64,000 nucleotides of DNA from the NCBI GenBank assembly GCA_963773065.1, contig CAVYZN010000032.1, positions 1 through 64,000 on the forward strand. The letters are read 5' to 3'. Positions 41,846 to 52,587 of the stretch are shown piece after piece. Position 1 is the stretch's first letter. Each line of letters begins with the position of its first letter. Below the pieces are notes generated by a model. It did no database searches, was not told the DNA's origin, and saw only the letters and a program-made list of their open reading frames with translations. The stretch is from an uncultured Gammaproteobacteria bacterium. GTDB lineage: Bacteria; Pseudomonadota; Gammaproteobacteria; UBA9214. Position numbers and translations under genes: made by a program.

Positions 41846-43680
41846 TGATGCGCCCGGTGCGCACCCGCTGGTTCGAACTGCTGAGCGCGCGTGAGGATCT
41901 CCCGCTGGCCATCGAGACCCTGGCGCGTACCGGTCAGATCGAACTTGAAACCCGCCAGGATGCGCGCCCGCGCATCGATCTGCAGGACCTGCGGGAGGGG
42001 CTGCTGGAATTCAACCGGCTGGCGCGCCGCTATCAGCCTTACTGGCCGGCCGGGGAGCCGGCTGCCCGCCGCGCCGCGGTTGGCCCGCAACAGATCCTCG
42101 AGCGCGCCCTGCGGCGCCTGCTGGCCTGGGAAAAAGCCGCCGCGCCCGTCATTCACCAGGTGGAATCCCGCGTGAGTGAGCAGTCCGAGCTGCGGCTGTT
42201 CGAGGAGCTGCTGCGGCATGCCGGCGCCGCGGCGCCCGATTTCGCCCTGCTGGCGGCGGCAGGACCAGTGCTGCAATCCCGCGTGTTCGTGCTGCCGTCG
42301 CGAGCGCGCATCGACCCGGTACCCGGGCCGGTCCTGCGGGCGCGCATCCGCTCGACGACACATGATTTTTTGCTCGCCGTCGGGCGGCCCGCCGATCTCG
42401 ACGCCCTGGCTTTGGCCCTGGCGGAGCACAAGGCGCGGGTGCTGCGCCTGCCGGCGCCGTTGCCGGAAACACCCGCCGCCGTCATCGTGAAGGTCGGCAA
42501 GCGGCTCACGCGGCTCGGCCGGGAGATCGAGCGGTTGGGCCGGCGGATCGAGGCGCTTTCCCAGTCGCATGACCTCGCCAGGACCCTGGGCGAGCTGCAG
42601 CGCCTGGAATGGTTTCTGACCCATGTGGGCAGCGTGCCGGTTTCGGAAAATTTCGCCTGGGTGACCGGATGGACCGACGATACCGGCGGCGCGCGGTTGT
42701 CCGCGGTGCTGGAGAAGGCAGAGCTCGACGCCATGATGCATTTCCCGCGGCCGCCGCCGAAGGTGGCGGTGCCCCTGGTGCTGCGCAATCCCTGGTGGGC
42801 GCAACCGTTCGAGGTGTTCGCGCGCCTGCTGGGGACGCCCGCCGCCGAGGAAGCCGATCCGAGCCCGATCCTGGCGGTGCTGGCGCCGCTGCTGTTCGGC
42901 TACATGTTCGGCGATGTGGGCCAGGGGCTGGTGCTGCTGGCGGCGGGCGTGGCGCTGCGGCGGCGCTGGCCGTTGCTGCGGATACTCATTGCCAACGGGC
43001 TGGCGGCGATGCTGTTCGGGGTGGTGTTCGGCAGCGTGTTCGGACAGGACGGTCTGATTGCGCCGCTCTGGGTGAACCCGGTGGAAGAGCCGCTGCCCGT
43101 GCTGCTGGTGCCGCTCGCCGGCGGTGTGGCCATCCTGTTGCTGGGACTCCTGCTCGATGCGATACAGGCTGGCTGGCGCGGTGAACTGCGCCGCTGGGTT
43201 CGGATCGAGGCGGCCGTGCCGGTGCTATACGCGGCGCTGCTCGCCGCCGTGTTCGTGCCCGCGGCCCTGTGGGTCGCGCCCGCCGCCGTGGCATGGTTTT
43301 TCGCCGGCCGCATCGCCGTCACACACGGCAGGCGCTGGTCGAGCGCGGCGGCCGCAGCCGGTACCCTGCTCGAACGCGTCCTGGAATTGCTGCTCAATAC
43401 CGTCTCGTTCGTGCGCGTCGGCGCCTTCGCGCTGGCGCACGGGAGTCTGTCGCTGGCCTTCACCATCATGGCGGCGGCGACGGACAGCCACGTGTTTGGG
43501 CCATTGATCCTGTTGCTTGGCAACCTGATCGTTATAATGCTTGAGGGCCTGGTCGTGTCCGTACAAACGACCCGCCTGATACTGTTCGAGTTCTTTATCC
43601 GTTTTTTGCGCGGCACGGGGCGCACCTTCCGCCCGCTGGCCGCGCCCGAACCCGAGGTTGCGACAAGGAGAACAACATGA
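41842..43680 (+). CDS. V/A-type ATPase subunit I
   Basis: FGYMFGDVGQG, NTVSFVRVGAFALAH, QTTRLILFEFF. Confidence 0.92.
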   Translation: MMMRPVRTRWFELLSAREDLPLAIETLARTGQIELETRQDARPRIDLQDLREGLLEFNRLARRYQPYWPAGEPAARRAAVGPQQILERALRRLLAWEKAAAPVIHQVESRVSEQSELRLFEELLRHAGAAAPDFALLAAAGPVLQSRVFVLPSRARIDPVPGPVLRARIRSTTHDFLLAVGRPADLDALALALAEHKARVLRLPAPLPETPAAVIVKVGKRLTRLGREIERLGRRIEALSQSHDLARTLGELQRLEWFLTHVGSVPVSENFAWVTGWTDDTGGARLSAVLEKAELDAMMHFPRPPPKVAVPLVLRNPWWAQPFEVFARLLGTPAAEEADPSPILAVLAPLLFGYMFGDVGQGLVLLAAGVALRRRWPLLRILIANGLAAMLFGVVFGSVFGQDGLIAPLWVNPVEEPLPVLLVPLAGGVAILLLGLLLDAIQAGWRGELRRWVRIEAAVPVLYAALLAAVFVPAALWVAPAAVAWFFAGRIAVTHGRRWSSAAAAAGTLLERVLELLLNTVSFVRVGAFALAHGSLSLAFTIMAAATDSHVFGPLILLLGNLIVIMLEGLVVSVQTTRLILFEFFIRFLRGTGRTFRPLAAPEPEVATRRTT

Positions 43681-44031
43681 CACTACGCATCAAGGCGGCG
43701 GCGTTCTGGCTGGCTGGGGCTGCGGCCATCGGTCTGGCGGCGACCCTGTTGTTCTGGTGGTTGCCTGCCACCGCCGCGGAGGCCGGGAGCCGCCGGGACG
43801 GCGCTGTCCGAGAGCGCCCTGCAGTGGGGGTTCATCGCGGCGGCGCTGGCGACCGGGCTCTCCTCGCTCGGCGCCGGCTTCGCCGTGGCCAGCGTCGGCA
43901 GCGCGGCGATCGGCGCCATGGCCGAGAAGCCCGAACTGCTGGGGCGCGCCCTGATCATGGTGGGGCTGGCCGAGGGCATCGCCATCTATGGCCTCATCAT
44001 CTCGATCCTGATCCTGAACCGGATACTCTAG
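43677..44031 (+). CDS. V/A-type ATPase subunit K (proteolipid), frameshift at ~43790
   Basis: After the shift: GFIAAALATGLSSLGAG...AEKPELLGRALIMVGLAEGIAIYGLIISILIL. Confidence 0.85.
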
Positions 44032-44043
44032 TCAGGGTCGAGC

Positions 44044-44340
44044 ATGTCCCTGCCCGTCTACATCGGTGATGAAGTCAGCGCCGCCGGCTATCGCCTGGCG
44101 GGGCTGGAGGTCCATGTGCCGCGCCGGGACGAACTCCTGGCGCTGATCCGCTCCGCCTGCGAGCGGGCCCCGCTGGTGCTGATCGGCGCCGCGACCGCGC
44201 GGGATATCGCCCAGGCGGAGCTCGACCGGCTGCTTGCCGCCGTCACCCCGCCGGTGGTCATCGTCCCGGATGTGCGCGACCGCGTGGCGCTGCCGGACCT
44301 GGCGACGCGCCTGCGCCGGCAACTCGGCGTGCTGGAATGA
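44044..44340 (+). CDS. V/A-type ATPase subunit F
   Basis: IGDEVSAAGYRLAG. Confidence 0.88.
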   Translation: MSLPVYIGDEVSAAGYRLAGLEVHVPRRDELLALIRSACERAPLVLIGAATARDIAQAELDRLLAAVTPPVVIVPDVRDRVALPDLATRLRRQLGVLE

Positions 44341-44972
44341 GTTCGCCCGGGAATGCAGTCGAGGCGCAGGTGCGGCAGTTGCTGCAGGTCGTCGCGCGAC
44401 ATCGCGACGCGCGCTGCGACGAGCTGCTGGGGCAGGCCCGGCGCGAGGCCGGGCAGGTGATCCGCCAGGCCCATGCCGAGGCGCGCTCGCGCCTGCACCA
44501 GAGTGTCCAGGATATCAGGGAAGAGCGGCGGCAGCGTTTCGCCGCGGCCGAGGCGCAACGGCAGACGCACCGGCGGCGCCGGCGCCAGGCGGCGGATCTG
44601 TTGCTGCTGGCTGCGGCTTGGCAGCCCTTGCGCCAGGCGTTGCTGGCGCGTTGGACGCAGGAGGCGGTGCGCCGGCGATGGGTCGAGTTCCTGGTGCGCC
44701 AGGCGAGCGCCATTCTGGTCGCGACCGATTGGCGGATCGAGCACCCCCGCGACTGGCCGGAGCAGGAACGCGCGGCGCTGCAGGAAGAGCTTGCCGGGCG
44801 GCTTGGCCGGCGCCCGGATTTTATCCCGCGGGAAGCAATCCCCGCCGGCTTGCGCATCTGCGCCGATGGCGCCTGCGTGGATGCCACGATCGAGGGCCTG
44901 CTGCGCGCCCAGACCCGCATCGAGTCTCTGCTGCTGGCCAGGTTCAATGCCGGCGTTGCGGTTGACGTCTGA
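44337..44972 (+). CDS. V/A-type ATPase subunit E
   Basis: Coiled coil plus AGLRI...VDATIEGL. Confidence 0.78.
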   Translation: MSSPGNAVEAQVRQLLQVVARHRDARCDELLGQARREAGQVIRQAHAEARSRLHQSVQDIREERRQRFAAAEAQRQTHRRRRRQAADLLLLAAAWQPLRQALLARWTQEAVRRRWVEFLVRQASAILVATDWRIEHPRDWPEQERAALQEELAGRLGRRPDFIPREAIPAGLRICADGACVDATIEGLLRAQTRIESLLLARFNAGVAVDV

Positions 44973-44993
44973 ACGCGGCAATCGATTTCACCG

Positions 44994-46737
<1,744 letters not shown>

Positions 46738-46748
<11 letters not shown>

Positions 46749-48126
46749 TGTCTATGCCAGCGGCGCCGCCACCCGCATCGAGGGGCCGCTGCTGTTTCTC
46801 AAACGCACGGTCAACGCCGGCCTGAACGAGGCCGTCGAGATCGAGGATGCCGAGGGCCGGGTGCGCCTGGGACGCATCGCGGCTCTCGATTACGACACCC
46901 TGACCGTTGAGGTGCTGGAATCCACCGCCGGGCTGAGCCTCGCCGAGACGCGCGTGCGCTTTCCGGGCGAACCGCTGCACTTTGCCGTGGGCCCGGACAT
47001 CCTGGGCCGCGTGTTCGACGGCGTGGGACGGGTGATCGACGGGGGGCCGCCCGTTTCGGCGCAGCGGAACCTGCGCATCGACGGGCTGGCGATCAACCCC
47101 GCCGAGCGTGCCATGCCCACCGCCTTCATCGAGACAGGCATCTCGGCGATTGATCTCCTGAACAGCCTGGTGCGCGGCCAGAAGCTGCCGATCTTCTCCG
47201 GCGCCGGCCTGCCGCACGATCGCCTGGCGATCGAGATCGCCCGTTATGCCCGCCTGCGCGGCCAGGCTGCGGGCGATTTCGTGGTGGTGTTTGCCGCCAT
47301 CGGCGTGCCCTATGACACCGCCGAGCGCTTCCGCGCCGCCATGGAGAACAGCGGCGCGCTCGAGCATACCGTGCTGTTTCTCAACCTGGCCTCGGACTCC
47401 AGTACGCAGCGCCTGCTCTGCCCGCGCTTTGCCCTGACCGCAGCGGAATACCTCGCCTTCGTGGCAGGCAAGCACGTCCTGGTCGTGATGACCGACATGA
47501 CCAATTACTGCGAGGCGCTGCGCGAGGTCTCCGCGAGTCATGGCGAGGTGCCGAGCCGCAAGGGTTTCCCGGGCTATCTCTATTCCGACCTCGCCACGCT
47601 GTATGAACGGGCCGGCAGCCTCAAGGGCGCGCCGGGCTCGCTCACCCAAGTGCCGATCCTCACCATGCCCGCGGACGACATCACCCATCCGATACCCGAC
47701 CTGACCGGCTACATCACCGAAGGCCAGATCGTGCTCGACCGGGAACTCGACCGCGCCGACATCTTCCCCCCTATCAAGGTGCTGCCCTCGCTCTCGCGCC
47801 TGATGAAGGACGGCACCGGCAAGGGCTATACCCATGAGGACCACCCGACGCTCGCCAATCAGCTCTATGCCGCCTACGCGCGCGCCGTGCACATGCGCGT
47901 GCTGGCGAGCGTGGTCGGCCGCGACGGCCTGTCGGCCAACGACCGGCAGTTCCTCGATTTCGGCGAGCGCTTCGAGCGGGAGCTGGTGCAGCAACAGGGG
48001 TCGAGAACCCTCGAACAAAGCATGGCGATCGGCTGGCAGTTGCTGCGCACCCTGCCCAAGACGGAACTGCACCGTCTCAGCGACCGGCAGATCGCGCAAT
48101 ATATCGAGACGGAAGCGCCGGCATGA
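46738..48126 (+). CDS. V/A-type ATPase subunit B
   Basis: GQKLPIFSG, DMTNYCEALRE, PDLTGYITEGQ. Confidence 0.96.
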
Positions 48127-48758
48127 CGGCAATGGAACAGACACCGACGCGCGCCGCCCTTCTGGCGCTCCGGGAGGAGCGGGTGGTGTTCGGTGAAGCC
48201 TACGATTTCCTCGATGAGAAGCGGCTGTTGCTCGCCGCGGAACTGCTGCGCCAGCTCGAGGCGTACGAGCGCCTGAGCGTCCGGCTTGAGACGCTCGCGC
48301 GCAGCGCCGGCCAGCATCTTGCCGCCGCCGTCGGCCACCATGGATTGCAGGGCCTGAGCGTCTATCCTGCCACGGCGATCGAGGGTGCGGGTATCGCGAT
48401 GACGCGGAGCAATTTCATGGGCGTGACCCTGGTGGAAACGCAACTGGAGGCGCCGCCAGCGGAACCGGCGGGGCGGCGCGCGGCCGCCAACCCGTCACCG
48501 GAAGCCGAGCGCTGCCGGGCGGACTTCGCGGACCTGCTGCGGCAGAGCGCCCTGCTCGCCGGTGTCTCCGGCAACCTCTACCGCCTGCTGGTCGAGTACC
48601 GGCTGACGGAGCGGCGCGCCCGCGCGCTCGAAAACGTGATTCTCCCCGAGATCGAGCAGGCGCTTAACGTGATGGGCACGCACCTGGAGGAACTGGACTT
48701 CGAGGATGCCGTGCGGGTGCGCCTGCAGGCGCGGCGCGGGCATCCGGCGGACGGATAA
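48123..48758 (+). CDS. V/A-type ATPase subunit D
   Basis: PTRAALL, LDEKR, TERRARALENVILP. Confidence 0.92.
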   Translation: MTAMEQTPTRAALLALREERVVFGEAYDFLDEKRLLLAAELLRQLEAYERLSVRLETLARSAGQHLAAAVGHHGLQGLSVYPATAIEGAGIAMTRSNFMGVTLVETQLEAPPAEPAGRRAAANPSPEAERCRADFADLLRQSALLAGVSGNLYRLLVEYRLTERRARALENVILPEIEQALNVMGTHLEELDFEDAVRVRLQARRGHPADG

Positions 48759-48853
48759 AACGGCCCGCCTGCGCAGGTAGTTTCGGCAGGGTGATTGAAT
48801 CAGACAGGTGTTTTTCTCAATGATGCAGGGATTAATACGCACAGGAGGTGCAC

Positions 48854-49312
48854 ATGAAAAAGCGGGTTGGCATTACCTTGGGTCTTCTCCTCAGCGTGCC
48901 GGCCGCCGCCGGCGGTGTCTATAAATGGATGGATGAACTTGGTCAGGTGCATTTCGGCGACCGGCCGCCGGCCGGTGCGCAGGCGGAGAATGCGCAGGTA
49001 ATCCCCGCAACCGGTGGCGAGCCGGCGGCCGACGGCGGCTTGAGATCCGGAGAGCGCGCGCGGCTGAGCGGGATCGAAAAGCAGGAAAGAATGAAAGCAA
49101 CAGAAAAAAGGCGCCAGGACAAGCGGGCGGCGGCCGAGGCAGATCGGCGGGAACATCGGGCCGAGCAGGATGCAGGAAGCTGCGCGAGCTATAAACAGAA
49201 GATCCGGGATTATGAACGCCGGCTGCGGGCCGGCTGTCGTGTATCACGGTGTAATTCCTACAACGAATCACTCATCCGGTATAAAGGCAAGGCCGCACTC
49301 GTTTGTCATTAG
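48854..49312 (+). CDS. DUF4124-domain exported protein
   Basis: Signal peptide plus VYKWMDELGQVHFGDRPP. Confidence 0.85.
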   Translation: MKKRVGITLGLLLSVPAAAGGVYKWMDELGQVHFGDRPPAGAQAENAQVIPATGGEPAADGGLRSGERARLSGIEKQERMKATEKRRQDKRAAAEADRREHRAEQDAGSCASYKQKIRDYERRLRAGCRVSRCNSYNESLIRYKGKAALVCH

Positions 49313-49518
49313 GCAACCCGAACCATTCGGTTACCAAGGCAAACGCCAACCTTGCCTCATCGGTGTAGTCGTCTCATGCCGGGTAAACCCTTGCGTGACA
49401 CGCGGTGAATACGTCCCTGTACGCTCGCCGGCCGCAGTCGCTCCGGGCATCTTCGGTAACTGTTCCCCGGCCGACGGTCACTACAGGACTTACCCGGCAT
49501 GAGCCTTCGTTAACGTAG

Positions 49519-50088
49519 TTATTGATATTTCATCTTGATGATGCCACAGGCGGCCCTTGCCCCGCCGGCACACCCCTTGACGTCGCCCTCGGGACAATAG
49601 GTATCGGGATCCGTGTGTATGATGATCGCGCTGCCGTCCGCGTCGAACAGACTCAACGGGCCGGGAGACAGGGTCACTCGGGTGGTGCTGGTATGCAGGA
49701 CTCCCGCTCCTCCCGCATTAACCTCGAGATTGACCAGGTCACCGGAATGGAAGGGGTGATTGCCGTCGGGCGCAGTGAACCCATGGGGACCGGGGTCAAA
49801 ATGCCCCTTGGCCTCACCGCAGGGCGTGCAGTTGCCGGTCTCGTGGATATGGACCGCATGCTTGCCGGGTTTCAGTCCTCTGACCCGGATGGTTACATCC
49901 ACCAGCTTTATGCCCTCATCGGAAGGTCTCTCGATGAGATCCGCGGACCCCGAAACCGCCGCATCATCACAGCCCGTGATATCGGCGATCGCATGGGCGG
50001 GGCCGGCTGCCGCCGCACCCGTTCCCAGGCTCGCTGCCGCCATACCGCAGAGTATCATTGCTATGGCTTGTTTCGTTTTCTTATGCAT
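49519..50088 (-). CDS. sodC: Cu/Zn superoxide dismutase
   Basis: HAVHIH, GHFDP, HSGDL, IIIH, RAACG. Confidence 0.92.
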   Translation of the reverse strand: MHKKTKQAIAMILCGMAAASLGTGAAAAGPAHAIADITGCDDAAVSGSADLIERPSDEGIKLVDVTIRVRGLKPGKHAVHIHETGNCTPCGEAKGHFDPGPHGFTAPDGNHPFHSGDLVNLEVNAGGAGVLHTSTTRVTLSPGPLSLFDADGSAIIIHTDPDTYCPEGDVKGCAGGARAACGIIKMKYQ

Positions 50089-50216
50089 GATCCGCCTCCT
50101 CTGGCGACTGAATGGATCGGCCGGATGAGCTAATTCACCGGACCTGGATTAAAGCATGGCATAGGGTTTCCAGGAAACAAGGTGTTCCGATACGCGCCGC
50201 TTGCATGGCGCGCGGA

Positions 50217-51317
50217 TCACTCGAGCGGCAGGTGACGCTGCGTGCCCGTCAGGGCGCGCAGAAAGGCGACGAGGTCGCTACGTTCGGCATCGCTCAGCCC
50301 GAGCGGTTTAAGCAGCGGGCTTTTGTGCGGATCATCGCCGCCGCCCCGGTTGTAGAACGCGACCACGTCGGCAAGCGTCGCCAGCGCACCGTTGTGCATA
50401 TAGGGCGGGGAGTTCTCGATGTTACGCAGTCCCATGGTGCGGAACTTGCCCCGGTCGGCCGGGTCTTTGCTCACCAGCTCGCGGCCCGGATCCCGGGTGA
50501 GTTGCGCCCAATCCGGCAATCCCATGCGCTGCGCATCGAAGCGGATCGCGGCCAGGATCTTCGGATTATCGACTATCGGCTGGTCCGGGACGGCGAGATC
50601 GTGGAACTGGTTGTCGGTGAGGTTGGGACCCCGATGGCACTGGATGCATTGCGCCTTGCCGAGGAACAGGGTGAGACCGCGTTGCTGCGCCGCGTCGAGC
50701 GCCGCCGGGTCGCCATCCATGTAGCGGTCGAGCGGACTGTCATCGAACACCAGCGTGCGCTCGAAGCTGGCGAGGGCGGCGGCGATCCGAGCGGCATCGA
50801 TGCCGGCGTCACCGTAGGCCTTGCGGAACGCCTCCGGGTAGTCGCCATCCGCCTTTAATTGCTCCACCAGCAGATCGACGTCGTTGTTCATGTGCAGGAT
50901 GTTCTTGACCGGGCCGAGCGCCTGCTTGTCGAGGTCAGGCGCGCGCCCGTCCCAGATCAGCGGCTGGTTATACGCCACGTTGATGAGCGCGGGTGAATTG
51001 CGGCGTTCCTGCTGGCTGGGATAGGCCGGTCCAAGCGCCTGGGGCGTTGCATAGCCATGGTCCGGCAGGTGGCAGGTCTGACACGAGAGGCTGCCGTCGC
51101 CCGACAGCCGGGTATCGGTGAAGAGCTTCTTGCCGAGCGCCACCTTGGCCGCGCTGAGCGGGTTGCCCGGCGGCACGGGAACCGGACCCAAATGGCCAAT
51201 GGCGGCCTTGACCTGCTCCGGCGTGGGCACCGGCTCGACGGCCTGCGCCTTCCCGCCGAGCAGCAGTGTCAGCAGCACGACCCCGCCGGCGATGACTGGC
51301 TTCGAAGACATCATCAT
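50217..51317 (-). CDS. Di-heme cytochrome c peroxidase family (bCcP/MauG)
   Basis: CQTCH, CIQCH, RNSP, WDGR, PYMHNG. Confidence 0.9.
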   Translation of the reverse strand: MMMSSKPVIAGGVVLLTLLLGGKAQAVEPVPTPEQVKAAIGHLGPVPVPPGNPLSAAKVALGKKLFTDTRLSGDGSLSCQTCHLPDHGYATPQALGPAYPSQQERRNSPALINVAYNQPLIWDGRAPDLDKQALGPVKNILHMNNDVDLLVEQLKADGDYPEAFRKAYGDAGIDAARIAAALASFERTLVFDDSPLDRYMDGDPAALDAAQQRGLTLFLGKAQCIQCHRGPNLTDNQFHDLAVPDQPIVDNPKILAAIRFDAQRMGLPDWAQLTRDPGRELVSKDPADRGKFRTMGLRNIENSPPYMHNGALATLADVVAFYNRGGGDDPHKSPLLKPLGLSDAERSDLVAFLRALTGTQRHLPLE

Positions 51318-51553
51318 TGGGCATCTCCCGAGAAGTGATTGCAGGATATCCTGCGGGTCATCCCTGTTTCCGCGACCCGGTCCGTTGTTCCTGTGCCCCT
51401 ATAAGTGTAGCCGGTCGTAAGAGGGTGCGCGTGTGCTTTCCGCCTGACATACCCGTCTAAGCAGCGGGCCGATCGCAGGGAGGCATGATAAAGAGCACCG
51501 CTTAACGCCAGCCAACTTGTGATGCTGAATGTCCACTCGATGGAGGGTGTTTC

Positions 51554-51626
51554 GGTGGCCTGTTTGGATTCGAACCTGTGACCCCTGCCTTCGGAGGGCA
51601 GTACTCTATCAACGAGCTACGGGCGC
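51554..51626 (-). tRNA. tRNA-Arg(CCG), damaged 3' end (possible pseudo-tRNA)
   Basis: GCGCCCGTAGCTC..GATAGAGTA CTGCC-CTCCGAA-GGCAG GGGTC ACAGG TTCGAATCC, followed by non-pairing AAACAGGCCACC. Confidence 0.75.
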
Positions 51627-51822
51627 TGATGTTGCTGCTACCGTCCCTGGCGATGCTGCGGCAGGTTATTTAAACCCGGCCTTGCCTTCCCTGGCAAGGC
51701 GCTCGCCGAGGAAATTGTTCACGGGATCAATTTCATATTCCAACTGAGCTACGGGCGCTGATTGTTACTGCTGCCGTCCCTGGCGATGCGACGGCGGTTT
51801 TTTAAACCCCGGCCTTGCCTTC
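51606..51822. repeat. Imperfect tandem duplication of the tRNA 5' end plus leader
   Basis: GAGCTACGGGCGCTGAT...CCGTCCCTGGCGATGC...TTAAACCC..GGCCTTGCCTTC at 51606-51689 and 51736-51822. Confidence 0.85.
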
Positions 51823-51909
51823 GCCTGATGGTGCGGGTGCACAGGATAACGCTATCCATGAGGCAGGTCCATGACTGAAGAAGACTGATATTTCAGTCGT
51901 TCCCGTTAA

Positions 51910-51938
51910 TTACCCGTACCGGGTGTTTGCAGTATAAT
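51910..51938 (+). promoter_or_regulatory. Putative sigma70 promoter of cytochrome c5
   Basis: TTACCC-N17-TATAAT. Confidence 0.45.
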
Positions 51939-52050
51939 TCCCGCCCATTCATTATTATGACGGGCAACCGACTGGCTGTCGGATTGAACAGGGGTCCAGT
52001 CAGTCGCCGGCTGCGAAATTCACGGGCATCGGCCTAATCAGGAGAAGACA

Positions 52051-52521
52051 TTGAGTCACGATAAACAGTTTTTTACAACCTTCGCCGCGGTATTGATCGG
52101 TCTGGGCGTGCTGGCGGTTATCCTGTACTTCATCGCCGGCTACCTGACCAGCGACGTGTCCAACGAGCCTAAAGAAGTCATGCTGGAAAACATCAAGCCT
52201 GTCGGCCAGGTTAATATCGCCGGCCAGCCCGGTACGCAAGAGGCCGCAGCGGCTGAACCGGCTGCCGCGGCCGCCGCGCCGAAGTCCGGTGAACAGGTTT
52301 ACCAGACCAACTGCATTGCCTGTCATGGAACCGGAGCGGCTGGCGCGCCCAAGATGGGCGATGCCGCCGCCTGGGCGCCGCGTATCGCGAAGGGTATTGA
52401 TGCCCTGCTGAAGAGCGCGACCAACGGTCTGAAAGCCATGCCGCCGAAAGGACTGTGCATGGCCTGCTCGGAGGATGAGCTGAAAGGCGCGATCCAGTAC
52501 ATGGTGAGCAAGAGCCAGTAG
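52051..52521 (+). CDS. Cytochrome c5
   Basis: N-terminal TM, CIACH, MPPKGLCMAC. Confidence 0.92.
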   Translation: MSHDKQFFTTFAAVLIGLGVLAVILYFIAGYLTSDVSNEPKEVMLENIKPVGQVNIAGQPGTQEAAAAEPAAAAAAPKSGEQVYQTNCIACHGTGAAGAPKMGDAAAWAPRIAKGIDALLKSATNGLKAMPPKGLCMACSEDELKGAIQYMVSKSQ

Positions 52522-52587
52522 GGCCGGTTTGACGAAACCCGAAATGGGCTGCAGCGCAGGGCGGCGCGGGGGCGATGATACGTCCCG

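Noticed and set aside
43677-44031. Programmed frameshift or Na+-specific rotor in subunit K
   Set aside because: No slippery sequence at the shift; Na+-ligand pattern absent
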